Origin: Ramazzottius varieornatus
Lineage: Eukaryota > Animalia > Tardigrada
Length of the DNA stretch: 64,000 nucleotides
Direction of reading: 5' to 3'
NCBI GenBank assembly: GCA_001949185.1
Contig: BDGG01000007.1
Span: 2,252,730-2,316,729, forward strand
Shown here: positions 25,641 through 38,331 of the stretch, piece by piece
Position numbering within the stretch: position 1 is the first letter of the stretch
Layout: each line of letters opens with the position of its first letter
The notes under the pieces: model-generated
What the model saw: the letters and a program-made list of their open reading frames with translations, nothing else
Databases searched by the model: none
What the model was told of the DNA's origin: nothing
Position numbers and translations under genes: made by a program

Positions 25641-26462
25641 GCCCAGACGCGGTACACCATAAAGCCTACTCCGTACAAACGTCTCCATCACAAGGGTCTT
25701 CAAACACAAGCTGTACACTGTGCAGCAAACCCCCTACGCGATAACGGTAAGAGCCCTGACAACCCAGTGGAGTGGTCTAATTACGAGAACTCAGTCCGGG
25801 TTTAAGAGGATATTATTACGCTGCGAGTACTGCGTAATAATATCGCGGAGCGGGAGATAGCGCTGCTGTGCTCCGCTTTCGGGCCCTAATACGTCATCAT
25901 GAAGGGAACATGGCTATGTTATCAAACGCCGCTATAGGTAGTCACTGTCTCATTCGATCAATCAACCTATTCTTGCTGCACGGGATGTGCCGGAGGTCCG
26001 GAGGACAATCAGTCAAAACTTGATTTCTACCGGAAACCAAAAAGTACATCAAGGTAGAACTCGAACCACCGGTCTCAGTAGTACGGCTGCGGCGTGTACG
26101 CACCAGTAACTCCTTTATGAATTCTGACTGAACATTTCTCATTATCGCACGATCCCGGTTTTGGTTGGCCGTGTTAAAGGGGAGGCCATGTTCAGCAGCA
26201 GTACTGTCCTTATCTTTTGTCGTCACTCGTCAGCTAACTTACACCAGTGTGGCTATACTCAGCTTGGACATTTTTGCATCATTCGTGGCATCCGCGTCTT
26301 GTGAGGATAGAGTACGTGCTCTGGAAAAAGGTGAGAGATCTTTCCTGTGCGGATGATACTTGGCGGACAAAGAACCATGTCATGTAGGCTAAAGCGAGTA
26401 CCTATTGTGACAGTGTAACTGAATTTGCTGTTTTGTTCAGCAGGTCAGATCAAGCAATCAAG

Positions 26463-28441
26463 ATGGTCATGCAATGGTTGAACATCATGGAAGGCACACC
26501 GGGCGCTTCCAACGTCTCGGACGACGCAAGCTCGACCGTGGTGGGTTTTACTGGAACTCTAGCTGAGAGGATCACAGCGTCCATCGACAAGATCACCACC
26601 GAATATCTGGGCGCCGCCAAACCACATTTCGTGGCTGTGGGAGTGACGATGGCAGCGCTTGCTGGCAGCTACGCTCTCTGGGAAATAGGAAAGGGTGTCG
26701 TCTCTTACTGGCTAGCTGGACCGCTCCGTCTCGGTGCCAACATCAAGAAATACGGCTTATGGGCAGGTACAGAACTTTTCTTCACTGACGGTGCTGTATC
26801 TTTGATTTGTTTCCTTGTAGTTGTGACGGGAGCCAACACGGGAATTGGAAGAGTGTACTGCCTTGAGGTGAATTTCATTTCACTGACTTTGTTTTGATGG
26901 TTTTACAGGGAGCGTGCGTTGTACGGCATGAGTGCAGTATGGTGCTTGTCAGTCTCAGTCAGGATCAAATGGATTATTGTCTACTTGGTTTTAACTGTTT
27001 TTGCGTTGTCAATCAAGGCATAACATGGCAGTTCAATCAGGTCGTGTTTCCGCATTGCAGTTGGCTGCCAAAGGATACAACATCGTTCTTGTCTCCCGGA
27101 ACCAGGAGAAGCTCGAAGTTACTGCCAGAGAAGTTCGTAAGTACGGAGCAATGTCGGCAGATGACGGAGCAAATTGTAGCCGAGAAGTGTGAGAGAATTA
27201 TTTTTGTTTCGGATTTCGTAGAGGATGTTCATCACGTGGAGGCTCGAGTCATTCAGGTCGATTTTGCCACTGGTCGCCTGCAAGACTACCTTCACGTGCA
27301 AGCTCAACTGCAAGGACTGGATATCGGTGTCCTGGGTGAGGGAAGGAATAACTTGCCTTCGACGAAATTCCTGCGAAAGACAAGATAATCTTTTTCAGTG
27401 AAGCGATATTTATGCTGGAGTTCCTTTTTGTTGCAGTGAATAATGCGGGAATTGGGCCGGAAGACCCAGCTACACCTTTTTTGGATAATCCTCCGGACGC
27501 CCAGGTATATGTTCTGACGAGGCTAATTGCCGTAGCTTGCCACATTGTTGGTGCGTGGGCTTACATCTTGGGCTAATTCGCTCATTGTTCTGTTTGTAGA
27601 GTTGTCTGGACCAGATCAACGTCAACTGCGCATCGTACACAATGATGACGCGCATGATCCTTCCACAGATGGTTGTGAACCGAAGAGGCATCATCATCAA
27701 CATTTCTTCCATAGCTGGTGATGATTACACGCCCAACATGGCCATGTACTCGGCCACCAAGGCCTTCTCGAACTTCTTCTCACAAGCTTTGGCCCAGGAA
27801 TACAAATCCAAAGGAATCATCGTACAGGTCAGTCTAGAACACCGACAAACGTGACAAATATTTTTTCCAATTGACGCACGCTTCAGCCAATTACAGCGAA
27901 AAGGTGCGCCACTTGGCGAAACAAACTCGACAGCATCTTTGTTTCCAGGTGGCGCACGGTTCACGTCTATAACACTAAATAGGTGCGCTACTTCGGAAAA
28001 CAAAGTTGCGGAGGTCATTTTTCGAATAGTTCACGCTTTGGGTCAGTGACCCTGGTGACGTGCGCGACTTGTGAGAACGATATTTCCGTGTTTGTTTGCC
28101 GCGCTCCAGTTTCCTGGGGAAGCGTAACGGTAGCCTCTTTTCCTTTTCGGTGTTACAGAGCGTGATGCCTGGACCAGTAATGACCAAGATGGTCCAGGAG
28201 AAGGACAAGAAAGGCTTGGCCATCGTTACTCCAGAAGACTTTGTTCCTCCTGCCTTGGCACAAGTCGGGCTTCGTAATGCTACTTACGGCCACTGGAAGC
28301 ACGCGCTATACGTAAGTCTTACTCGAAATTTTTCTGGTTTCCATGCGCCTTAAGAGATATCGTGAAGTCGTCGGCAATTGCGTGATTGTCTTGCAGATGA
28401 AGAGAAGGAAGATGGGCAACTGGTTCATGTCGCTGCTGTAA
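26463..28441 (+). CDS. SDR oxidoreductase, HSD17B12/very-long-chain 3-ketoacyl-CoA reductase-like
   Basis: KYGLWA|VVTGANTGIG, LAAKGYNIVLVSRNQEKL, DIGVL|VNNAG, INISS, YSATK, QEYKSKGIIVQ|SVMPGPVMTKM, TYGHWKHA. Start approximate. Confidence 0.88.
27852..28010. repeat. Palindromic module, 2-unit array, SDR intron
   Basis: Spacers of 24 and 25 nt; period 78. Confidence 0.8.
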
Positions 28442-28818
28442 GCGTCTCTACCTCATCCAGTCATTTCATAAATTCTTTCATTCATCGAAAGCTGCTTGTA
28501 TCATTCTGTGAAACCTTTACTGTCAGTTTCGTCGAGCGAATTAATGCGTGTGAGCACAAAATTTCATTGCCTGGACAGATGGTTTGCGAAATTTCACCAC
28601 GTGTGCTCGATTGGGTTTTGGTGATGTGTTTCAGTTTTACCCCTAAAAATGTGTTTCGTATTCTGAATGGTTTAGAAAATTCTTCTTCGTATAGCTGAGC
28701 TGAACTCGAGGTACAAAAGATAAATTTGAACGACTATGGAAAAAAGCAGGAGGGTAATTTTTCACAAACGATTGAGTAGAACGGATCAAAGTACGAGTAG
28801 AGCGGAAGTGAAAGAGGT

Positions 28819-29926
28819 TCAGGGAAAAGGCTGAACGATGGTTTTCTTTCGGTACTTGGTGGTGGTCGTTGTGGACTTGTTCCTCAACTGCCGAAGAGCT
28901 TCGCGAAGATGCTTGGGCTGCAGCGGACCAGTCTCGCCCCACTGTTCCTTCACGTCCAGCGCGTGCTCCACCATCTCGCCCACGTATAGTTTGGCGACAC
29001 CTGCCATGGCGATCACCGTGTTCTGGGAGACCGTACACCCAGCCACGGTCTGGACGATGCGACGAACTGCTGCCTTTGGAAAGGAAGCCCGACGGTACAC
29101 TTCGTAGCGGTTGAGCTGCTCTTCCGACAAGTGGGAGATGAGCAGCTGCAACTTCTGTCGTTCCGCGATGTCTTCTGGCTTCTCTTCTTTCAAAGGAAGT
29201 AGATCCATCAAGTCACCTTCGAAATCGTCGTCGACGACGGGCGAATCCCCGCGACTCTCGTCGGTGGTTTCCTTGGAAGAGGAAGGCCTAAAATCAAAAA
29301 GATATCAACTTGATTGATGGGAGACTGACCATAAGACTACCAAGGAGAACAGCAGCCAAATCCGAGAGCCGCATCACATTTGATCTTGCTTGATTCGACC
29401 TAACCTAGAGCCACATTACTGCAACGATCAAATTCATTGTGTGCACAATCAACAATCAATGAACGATCTAACACTGCATAATCGATGTTTTCCTAAATGT
29501 CACGTACCTCGATCCCGACGCTTTTAGCTTCTTGGCTTTCTTCGCCGTCGACGAACTGGATTTTGAGTTTGAGGAAGATGCTACGGAGACTTCAGTATCG
29601 TGAGTGGAGCCGGAGTTTTGTCGTTTACGATTCGTTTTGGACGTCTTGAACAGTTTGGACGAGGCTTCAGACTTCGTCGACATTGAATCGACGTCGCGCG
29701 GTTCTGTTTTCAGTTCTGGCTTTTCTTCCGGTGTAAGGACGGCTAGTGGCAATGAAAGCTCTTCTTTGGTAACCAGAGGTTCTTCTGTCGGAAGCGAGCT
29801 GGCGCTGGAATCGTCAAGAGGGGCGCTGACAGCTTGAGAAGTTGTGGCAGAGTCAGCTGGCCCGGCCACGGGATCCAGGGGGAAATCTGGGAAATCTAGC
29901 AAGGCTTCCATCCCGTCGTTGTCCAT
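28819..29926 (-). CDS. TAF11: TFIID subunit 11
   Basis: Two exons; histone fold [54 protein letters not shown]. Confidence 0.93.
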
Positions 29927-30776
29927 GATTGCCTGTCTTTCGAAGAACCTTATAGTGAAACACTGCAACGCAAGACGACAACTCGTCGAAAAGTCTCTAC
30001 AACTAGAAGAAAAGTTTCAAAAATGCGAGGTTTGTCCGCAGTTGATTGCTTTGCTTGATTGAGGGTGTCTAATAAAGCCCATGAACTCAGATATACTGTC
30101 ATTTCATGTCATGTCATATCTTAAGAAGGGAAAGGACAGTGTTATTTTACTATAACTTTTGGAATTTTAATTCCTATTACGATCATTAAAATAATACCAG
30201 ATTTTATAATCTTAATTGCAGGAAACGGTTTTCTTAGAATTTTCTATTATCTATTAATTTTACGTGTGTTAGCAATACAATTGTGGGCGATCCAACGTGG
30301 CACATTTTACGCCATGCTGACGCACTGTTAGCTCTTCAGATGTTGAATCAATGCACGGCAGCGGCACAAAACGCAACATTCGCGATGCGTGAAACGAAAC
30401 TATGTGGTGCGCAGCTCGTTTCCCATGACCCGATGCACAAACTGAGCTCATACCCAGTACCTAGGTCACATAATGGCGGATGTTGTCCAAATGTCCAACA
30501 ACGTAAGCGTCTAAAACCATGCAGCAAATACCATAGATCGCGCATTTTCGGCCCTTTTCCCGCATTCTAGGTCCATTGTAATTGCAGTTTGGCCTAATCT
30601 TAATTATCTATATTACTATCCGACCATCAAGCCAATTTTACTATAGTTTTACTATATAGTAAAATCCGTCGGCTGAGTTTGACAATTTTATTTATCATAG
30701 TAAAATTCAAAACGGCCGATTTTCGACCATTTTCAATTATCTATTACAATCACCAAAATAACACGGAAAAGGACTA

Positions 30777-30933
30777 CTGTATTCCCCCGATATCTCCGCG
30801 AAGCCTGACACTCACGGCGCCCACTACGAAACGTACATGACGTACGGCGGAAGGGCACGTGTATATGGATAACGTACGTCCTGTAGGTGGCGCCACGAGT
30901 GACGCGGTTCGCGAAGATATCGGGGGAATACAG
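30777..30933. mobile_element. 157-bp palindromic MITE with TA TSD (Tc1/mariner-pogo type)
   Basis: TA-CTGTATTCCCCCGATATCT ... AGATATCGGGGGAATACAG-TA, a perfect 19-bp TIR; imperfect complementarity continues inward. Confidence 0.85.
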
Positions 30934-31625
30934 TATTACATCACCCGCCAACAACCCGTCATGACGTTTCAACGTTCTTTTCTGATTTCCGAAAGAAACA
31001 AAAAACGGCGAAACCCAGAGGCGATACTTCGTACAGTACAGAGAAGCTTTGATCTTCAAAGAAGCTTTACGCTTTTGTGAGTTGGAGCAGTCGCTCTAGA
31101 AACTTTATTCTCGGATTCTCCATCCTTTGCTCTGTGTTTGGACCATTGAACAGCGAAGAGAGAAGCATGCTGGAGCAAGACAACCATCTTCTCGCCGGTT
31201 GCCTTACCATGATTATACCAGAGTGAATCCAGGATGGTGGTAAACGTGTATAGAACAGTAATTACGAAAACGTCGAACAATCCCTGTACTTAAGCGAGCT
31301 GCTATGGTCAGCTAGGCTGGCCGCCAGGACTATTTTCCTGCGAGAGAGGTTTGTTTGAGCCTCGAAAATCCAGTCAACGGCCTCCTCGATGTTCGGAGGA
31401 TAAAAGGTAGAATAATATTTGATAACATGTCAACAATGCAGGACGCTGGGCACCCAGAGATTTATATCTCATGACTGATGTCATATCATATCATGTCACG
31501 TTGCAATGTCATGCCATGTCGTGTCTTATCATCTTATATCGTGCAATTGTCACTCATTGACTCATTGTTCAAGATCCAAGATTTCCTATCCAACTATCCG
31601 ATTCCGCTTGCAGTTACGGGACAAC

Positions 31626-34600
31626 ATGTTGTCCAGACCATCTGCTATACTACGATCGCCGTTCGTTACCACAAATCCATGCTGTCGAACGTGCCATCGT
31701 CCATTCTCGTCACTAAACCTCCCAGCGCTGCACGAGCGTGGGCTGATCAAAGACATGCTGCCGGACACGATGGGGTACAGTGAGTTTACGACTGCGAGGG
31801 TAGGAACTGGCGGTAATCATGTTTCTCATTGCAGCACCAGGATGAGCGAGATGATCAGCAAGAAAGAAACCTCGGTTTACGCCGGTTTTGACCCGACAGC
31901 TTCCAGGTAAGTTTTAATGTGGTTGGCTCGCTTGGCAGGAAACACGTTGTGTGCGTGCTGCTGTGACATCACTGACATGCTGTTACGCTATGGGCGAAGA
32001 AGACAGTCCGGAGATTGATACGGCGCTCGAGCAGAGCAAGAAGTCGGATTAGCTTAGGAATGAGCCAGTTGAAAGGGAGCACCTGGGCGGAGCCGAACCG
32101 ACTGAACCCACTAATGTGCCCGGTGCTTAATTCCCGAGCAAGACATATGGGCCGATACTCGAGTGCGTAAGAAATCCGAGTAACGTTCCAACTACGCTTT
32201 TCTGTGCGTATTTCTTCCCAAAAGTTTTTCAGAACCTCAGATTTGCTTTCAAGACGTCCCACCGAGGTGCCAACTGCCCCTTTAACTGCACATTTCAGAG
32301 TTTAACGTCCGTTATTGATCATTCGTCAAACTGTAGCAACGACTGCTCGCTTGGCTGTGACTTTGTCAACCTTGAAAACAACGAAAATCTCAGTTTGACT
32401 GTGGGTGTAACTGTGGCTTTCGAAACTTCGATGAGACTGCAACTTCAACTATGACTTGCCACAATAAGAGCTGTCTCTAACTGTGGCTTTTGCCACTTTC
32501 TGGATTTTACCTTGCCTATAACTGCGATCGTAGTATTTCGTATCAAGAATCACTTGAGCTTTAACCAGTCGGAACTGGACATCACTTTTTCCGTTGGTGT
32601 ATCAGAACTGGAAACTTCGTGTGATTTGACATCGCATCTTACCAAAAAGTCATTAGTTACGAAAATTGATGGAGGTGTTGCGAAACCGTCCGGAGAAGTT
32701 ACTAATCGGTTGGATCGCGTAGCGCGTCTCGACCTCAGCCGATTAGAGTAAGGAATGGGAGGGGCCAAAGTCTTACGCTACTCGGTTTTCTTGCGCTGCT
32801 CGAGTGCCGTATCAGCCTCTCTAGTACGTCTTACCAAGCGTGGCAGTCAGTTTCATTTTATTTTTCAGTTTGCACGTCGGGAATCTCCTTCCTCTCATCG
32901 GTTTACTGCATTTCCAACGAGCCGGAATCAAGCCCATCGTCGTGGTAGGATTCTCCGGCCTTTGCATGAAAGGTATTGTGCTGCAAATGCATCTGTTGTA
33001 GTTTTAGATTGGCGGAGCGACTGCCACCATCGGTGATCCATCGGGGAAGAAGACTGAGCGGGAACGCATTACATCAGACATTGTCGACGAAAATGCCGCA
33101 GCTATCCGGAAAAACATCGACAACATCTTCGCGAACCACAAGAAATACCTTTGGCAGTCGGAAGAAAAGCTGCCTCCATTCACGTCAGGAATTAAACTTG
33201 AACTTCCTAGTTAACTTTCACTGTTCGACACCACATGGTTTATGTTTCAATGCTTCTGTCTGCAGGATTGTCAACAATATGAAATGGTACAAGGATATAA
33301 ATGCGGTTGACTTTTTGGGGAATGTGGGACGTCATATTCGGATAGGAGGAATGCTGTTGAAAGACAGGTGAGTGTGGAATATTCAGCCCAGTCAGAATTT
33401 TCCTGTTCGCCATTAGTGGCGCATGTTGTCACGCAGTGCTATAGCTTAGTGTATCAGACATCGAGCACGTTGACGTCATGCGCCACCGGAAGTCGAAGCA
33501 CTGAAGTCGCTCTTGCGATGTCTTCTGAGGCCAGTTGCAGCCAGTTCGAACTCCGAAACGATGTGTCATGCTGTACGTATCTCACCTGACAAGAGGCTTC
33601 TGTTGTAGTGTCCAGACCAGGCTGAACAGTTCGGAAGGAATGAGTTTCGCTGAGTTTAGCTATCAGGCCTTTCAAGCTTATGACTGGCTTCACTTGTTGA
33701 AGACCTACAACTGCTTCCTTCAGGTAGAGTAATCTCAGTCTTTCACAACCGTGCGTTCCCTCGCCCCTAGTTCGTGTGATGTAGATTGGTGGAAGCGATC
33801 AGATGGGGAACATGAAAGCCGGTTACGATCTCATACGGAAGGTAACTGGCGACTCACCGTACAGTCTTACCGTTCCCCTGATCACAACGGAGACCGGTGA
33901 CAAGTTTGGCAAGTCGGCTGGAAATGCTGTCTGGCTGGATAGCGAACAAACTTCCACCTTTGACTTTTATCAGGTGAGGAAGTTGGCTTTCGGAAAAGAT
34001 TCTGTTCGCAAAGATTTCTGGACGACCCGGATTTTTTTGCAGTTCTTTCTCCGGTCTTCCGACAATGACGCCGCGCAGTACCTGAAGCTGTTCTCTTTTA
34101 TTCCCGAGAAGCAACTGACCGAGGTTCTTGAGAGCCACCATGCGAACCCTGGTCAAAGAAAAGCCCAGAAGAAGCTGGCGGAACAGGCCACTTTACTCGT
34201 CCATGGCGGTAAGGTTTGTTTTCGTTGAGTCGAACGTGGCAAATGAACCGAACATGGTTGTTATCTCCAGTGACGCACGTTTGCATATTAATGGCTGAAT
34301 GAATGCGCCGCTTGAAAAAACGATCTTGTCGAATTCCCAAGTGGCGCACGTTTTCATTGTAATTGGCTGAAAGTGTGCGTTAATTGGGAAGACGATAATT
34401 TTCAAGTCATTTGCCGACAGCCCACGTTTTCTTGAATTCTTCGAACCCTTCTTATGTCGCACCGTAGAGGAAGGCCTTAAGACGGCCCTACAAGCTACCG
34501 AAGCCCTGTTCAACTCGAGCGTCGAGGCCTTGTCGACGCTAAACCCGGAAGTCTTTCCTTCGATATTGGGACAAGCCTTCGTGACAAACCTTCCTTTGAA

Positions 34601-34945
34601 TTCCAGCATAACAGTCTTGGACACTGTCATGCAAGCCAAATGTTTCCAGGAAGAAAGTAAGCTACTCTTTCTCTTTATTTTTCTCATAATTTGCAGTAAG
34701 CCTTTTTGTTCACAGAAGACGCGAGGAGAGTAATCGGCGCTGGCGGAGTTTACATTAACCATCAGAAGACACGGGTCGCGGACCATGTCATACAAGCTGG
34801 CTCGCATATCCTGCCGAACAACATCACCCTCATAAGAATAGGTAACTATCACTAGCTCGATGTTTTCTATGAGTGAAGAGATGTTGACTGGTTCTCTGTC
34901 CTTGCAGGGAAGAAAAACCACTATGTTGTACGGTGGAGAAGTTGA
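31626..34945 (+). CDS. YARS2: Mitochondrial tyrosyl-tRNA synthetase
   Basis: Basic N-terminal presequence, VYAGFDPTAS|SLHVGNL (HIGH motif), IGGATATIGDP, EFSYQAFQAYDW, IGGSDQMGN, KFGKSAGNAVWL, GKKNHYVVRW. Confidence 0.93.
33413..33490. repeat. Palindromic module variant with long spacer, YARS2 intron
   Basis: agtggcgcat...atgcgccacc arms separated by ~53 nt. Confidence 0.45.
34260..34396. repeat. Palindromic module, 2-unit array, YARS2 intron
   Basis: Spacers of 24 and 25 nt joined by aaaacgatcttgtcgaattcccaagtggcgcac; period 71. Confidence 0.85.
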
Positions 34946-35138
34946 ACGAGTTGATTGAACAAAAGTTGACTCGTTTGATTGTTATAACGTCGTTTTTTGT
35001 CTCTCGGTTTGAAGGTTTTCGCACTGCAGATGCTCCTCAGAGTCGCGTCAGATGGTTTCTAGTTTACACAGTCGACAAATTCGTACAGAAGAAAGAAAAG
35101 AAGAAAGGATGTTTAACGTTGACGAGCAGTAGAGAGAT

Positions 35139-35578
35139 TCATCTTTGCCGTCTGGGTTGAATATATCTGGAAGCGTCAAAGTCATCCTCAATTTCCTCTT
35201 CTACCTTCACTTCCATTTTTGGTTTGCGCTTAACAAGCCGCGCTCGACGTTCTTCTTCCGAGAGAGAATTCAGATCCAAGGGAAGCTGTTGAAAGCAGAC
35301 ACAATCAAACGATGATCAGTCTAAAGAGTGATACTGAAAGTACTCACCGTAATAATTTTGCGTGGTTCCTTATAGCGAATGTTGATGGTCGATCCGTCTG
35401 GCAGGACCATCATGGTAGGATAAAGGCGTGTGTGTATCTTTCGACCAACTTTCGCCACAGTGGCTCGGTTAGAGTTGTGCCGGACTGTCTGAGATAGTAA
35501 CGGGAGCAGAGAGGGAAAGGAGATCTTCGGCTTGCAGAAGTACAGCAAATACACGGCGCTCCTCAAGTTGTTCATCAT
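35139..35578 (-). CDS. MRPL55: Mitochondrial ribosomal protein L55
   Basis: Two exons; RLYPTMMVLPDGSTINIRYKEPRKIIT|LPLDLNSLSEEERRARLVKRKP. Confidence 0.92.
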
Positions 35579-35991
35579 GGCAGCCTACTTCCGCTGGATT
35601 CCCAGCCTCCGAAGCAGGACTAACAAGTTAAAGACGGGAGCGGAGCAGAGATAGTCCGCAAAAAGAGGAGCAGATAATTATATCCACCGGAAGTCGCTGA
35701 AACGGAATATTTTTCAAACGTCAAAATTAATACGTTGGAGTCTGGCTTGATTGAAGCGACTGCTTGATTGGCACGTTCATTTACATGGATGCGCACAGGC
35801 ACAGCACGCACGTGCTATGCGCACCACCAAGCGCGCTGCACAAACCATGCACCTGCACGGCTGCACCGGAAGTGTTCATCTAAGTTCTTTCTGTTTTCCC
35901 GTTCTTCCTGGTCGAACGTTGATTCCTGTGCCACCGCGTGCCATCGGGGAAGGAAGAAGAGCACGGACTTGCCATCTCCCACGCATCCAGA
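35579..35991. promoter_or_regulatory. Bidirectional promoter region MRPL55/DPH2
   Basis: 413 bp between divergent ATGs; ETS-type CCGGAAGT at 35687 and 35866; TGCGCA and GCAC-rich tract at 35790-35865. Confidence 0.55.
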
Positions 35992-38331
35992 ATGTCGATA
36001 GCTTTGAGTACAGCGGAGCAAGATGCCTTTACGCGAGAGGTGGATTTATCCGACAAGCCCGTTAAAACTCCCCGAGATTTGATCCCCGAGGTCTATTCTC
36101 TTCGGAGCTGCACCGAGTGGATACTACAGAACAATTTCAAAAGAGTAAGAAGCGACCTAATGTGTTCGTTATTGATAACGCGACACAGTAGAGTATCGCC
36201 GATCTTACGATGAGCTGACGAGCGTTACAGTAAATTTACCCGTTTGCTCGCAGATCGCTCTCCAATTTCCCGACTGCCTTCTGCCAGATTCCGTTGGCAT
36301 CGCACAAGGTCTCGAACAGTCCACAGATCGGAAGATATTCATCCTGGGCGACACGACCTATGGCAGGTATTTGATCCACGAGTTGGGAAATTGTCGATTG
36401 CGGAATGATTTGTTGTGGTTTTGTTTCATCCAATCAATGCAAATCAACCAACATGGGTTTAGTTCGTGTTGATTGGTTTGATTGAAACATTCTTTCTAGT
36501 TGCTGTGTGGACGAGATCGCCGCGGAACACGGTTCCTGCGAGAGCATCATCCACTTCGGCCACTCCTGCCTTAGTCCAACAAGCCGTGTACCTGTCGCAC
36601 TAGTCTTTCCTCGACCTCGAGACTTCGAACTGGTAGACTTCTGGCAAAAGATCGAAGAACTTCGACGGGCAGAAGATGTCGAGCTGGTTTGCCTTTACGA
36701 TTCGGATTACTTTCCTGTCACTGGTACACTCCCCCTCCCCTTCCATGCGAAACTTATGCATCACTAATCAAGCTTCGTTTTAGGTATGGTCGCACAATTT
36801 CTGGAATGCAGTTCGATGGTCGTGCCAGAAAACCAGACAGTTCTAACGGACGACGCAACGTGTCTGAATTTCCTCCATAAATCTTCCGATGAAGATTGTC
36901 AAAGATACTTCGTTTGTCGCAGAGCCTTTTCTCCTACTAAAGATAACTTTAAGAGGGAAAGAGCTTTTGTGTACATCGGCAAACAGTCATCGTCCATGGT
37001 GAACTTCTTCCTGTCACTTCCTTCCCATAAGTCCTATTCGTACGACCCTTCCACAAAGTTGCTCACGCTTGAAACCCCGCAAGTTAACAAGCGCATCATG
37101 CGAAGGTATGGTTTTGTCGAAAAGAGACAGAGAAATTTTTTTTCCAGGTTTGTGAGCTCGGCATACCAACTGAACAAGATCATTTTTGCAAGTGCGCATA
37201 TTGTCAGCTGATAACGCAAGAAACGTGCGCCACTTGGGAAAACGATCTGGTCGAGTTTGCCGGCCGAGCTCCCACCTATTTCGTATTCCATTTTCGATCC
37301 CTCGCAGGTGTTACCTGATCGAGAAGGCAAAAGACGCGCAAATCGTGGGTATCCTCATCGGGACTTTAGGTGTGAAAGACTACCTAGACATCATTGAACG
37401 AATGAAGAAAGTTCTACGGACTGCCGGAAAGAAGTTTTACACATTCTCCATGGGAAAGCCCAATCCCGCCAAGCTGGCGAACTTTATGGAGGTGGACGTC
37501 TTTGTCTACGTGGCCTGTCCCGAAAGCTTCTTTGACTCCAAAGCTTACGTTAGGCCCATTGTGACGCCGCACGAGATGGAAATCGCTTGTGGACAACGTG
37601 CGATCGACGAAGGGTTCGTCGCGGACTTCCGGCATCTTTTACCGGGTAAGAGGATATTACATTACTTGTGACATCTCATACCGTGGCATACTCGATATGA
37701 CATGACGACAGCAAACAATTTTGACAAGTTCGTTTTTCCAAGTGGCGCATGCTGTCAGACAAACAGTCTTATCGAATACTGGTAGATTTGTCGAGTTCCC
37801 GTATCTTCTCTTTTTTCTCCAGGTGCAAATTCCTACGTGGATATCAGGAAAGTTGAGAACGATACTCCCGATATTTCCCTCATTAGTGGAAAAGCGCGGT
37901 ATGTTGGAAAGGAAGAGGAGAAGTGGGTCGAGGATTCGTCAACTCCTTCCGATTCGACAGCGCTGGTTTCCCGAGACCAGGTTCTGACTGTTGCCCAGTA
38001 TTCTGCCGGTAAGGAATTTATTTCAAATTTTTAGAATGTTCTCTTAGGATTTCTCTGCAGGTGTAATGTGGCTTTCTTGTTTGCAGCTGATTACTTTTCC
38101 TCCAGGAGCTGGCGAGGTCTCCAACCGCAATACGGCGAGCATTTGCCCGCTGATATCGTCCAAGGTCGGCACGGTATTGCTCTTTCTTACGAGACAGAGA
38201 GAAGCGACTCGGCGAAAGAGAATAGTGAAGTTCCCAATGACCTTACCTGTTGCAAGAACCGTTATGCAAGTGAACATTTGTCGGCGCATGAGCTTGATTC
38301 GTCCTGCGGAGAGACTTGTTGTCACCGATGA
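35992..38331 (+). CDS. DPH2: Diphthamide biosynthesis protein 2
   Basis: [23 protein letters not shown]|[68 protein letters not shown]. Confidence 0.92.
37172..37255. repeat. Palindromic module, DPH2 intron
   Basis: acaagatcatttttgcaagtgcgcat-N25-gtgcgccacttgggaaaacgatctggtcgag. Confidence 0.85.
37721..37796. repeat. Partial palindromic module, DPH2 intron
   Basis: Left arm gacaagttcgtttttccaagtggcgcat; right inner arm missing. Confidence 0.55.
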
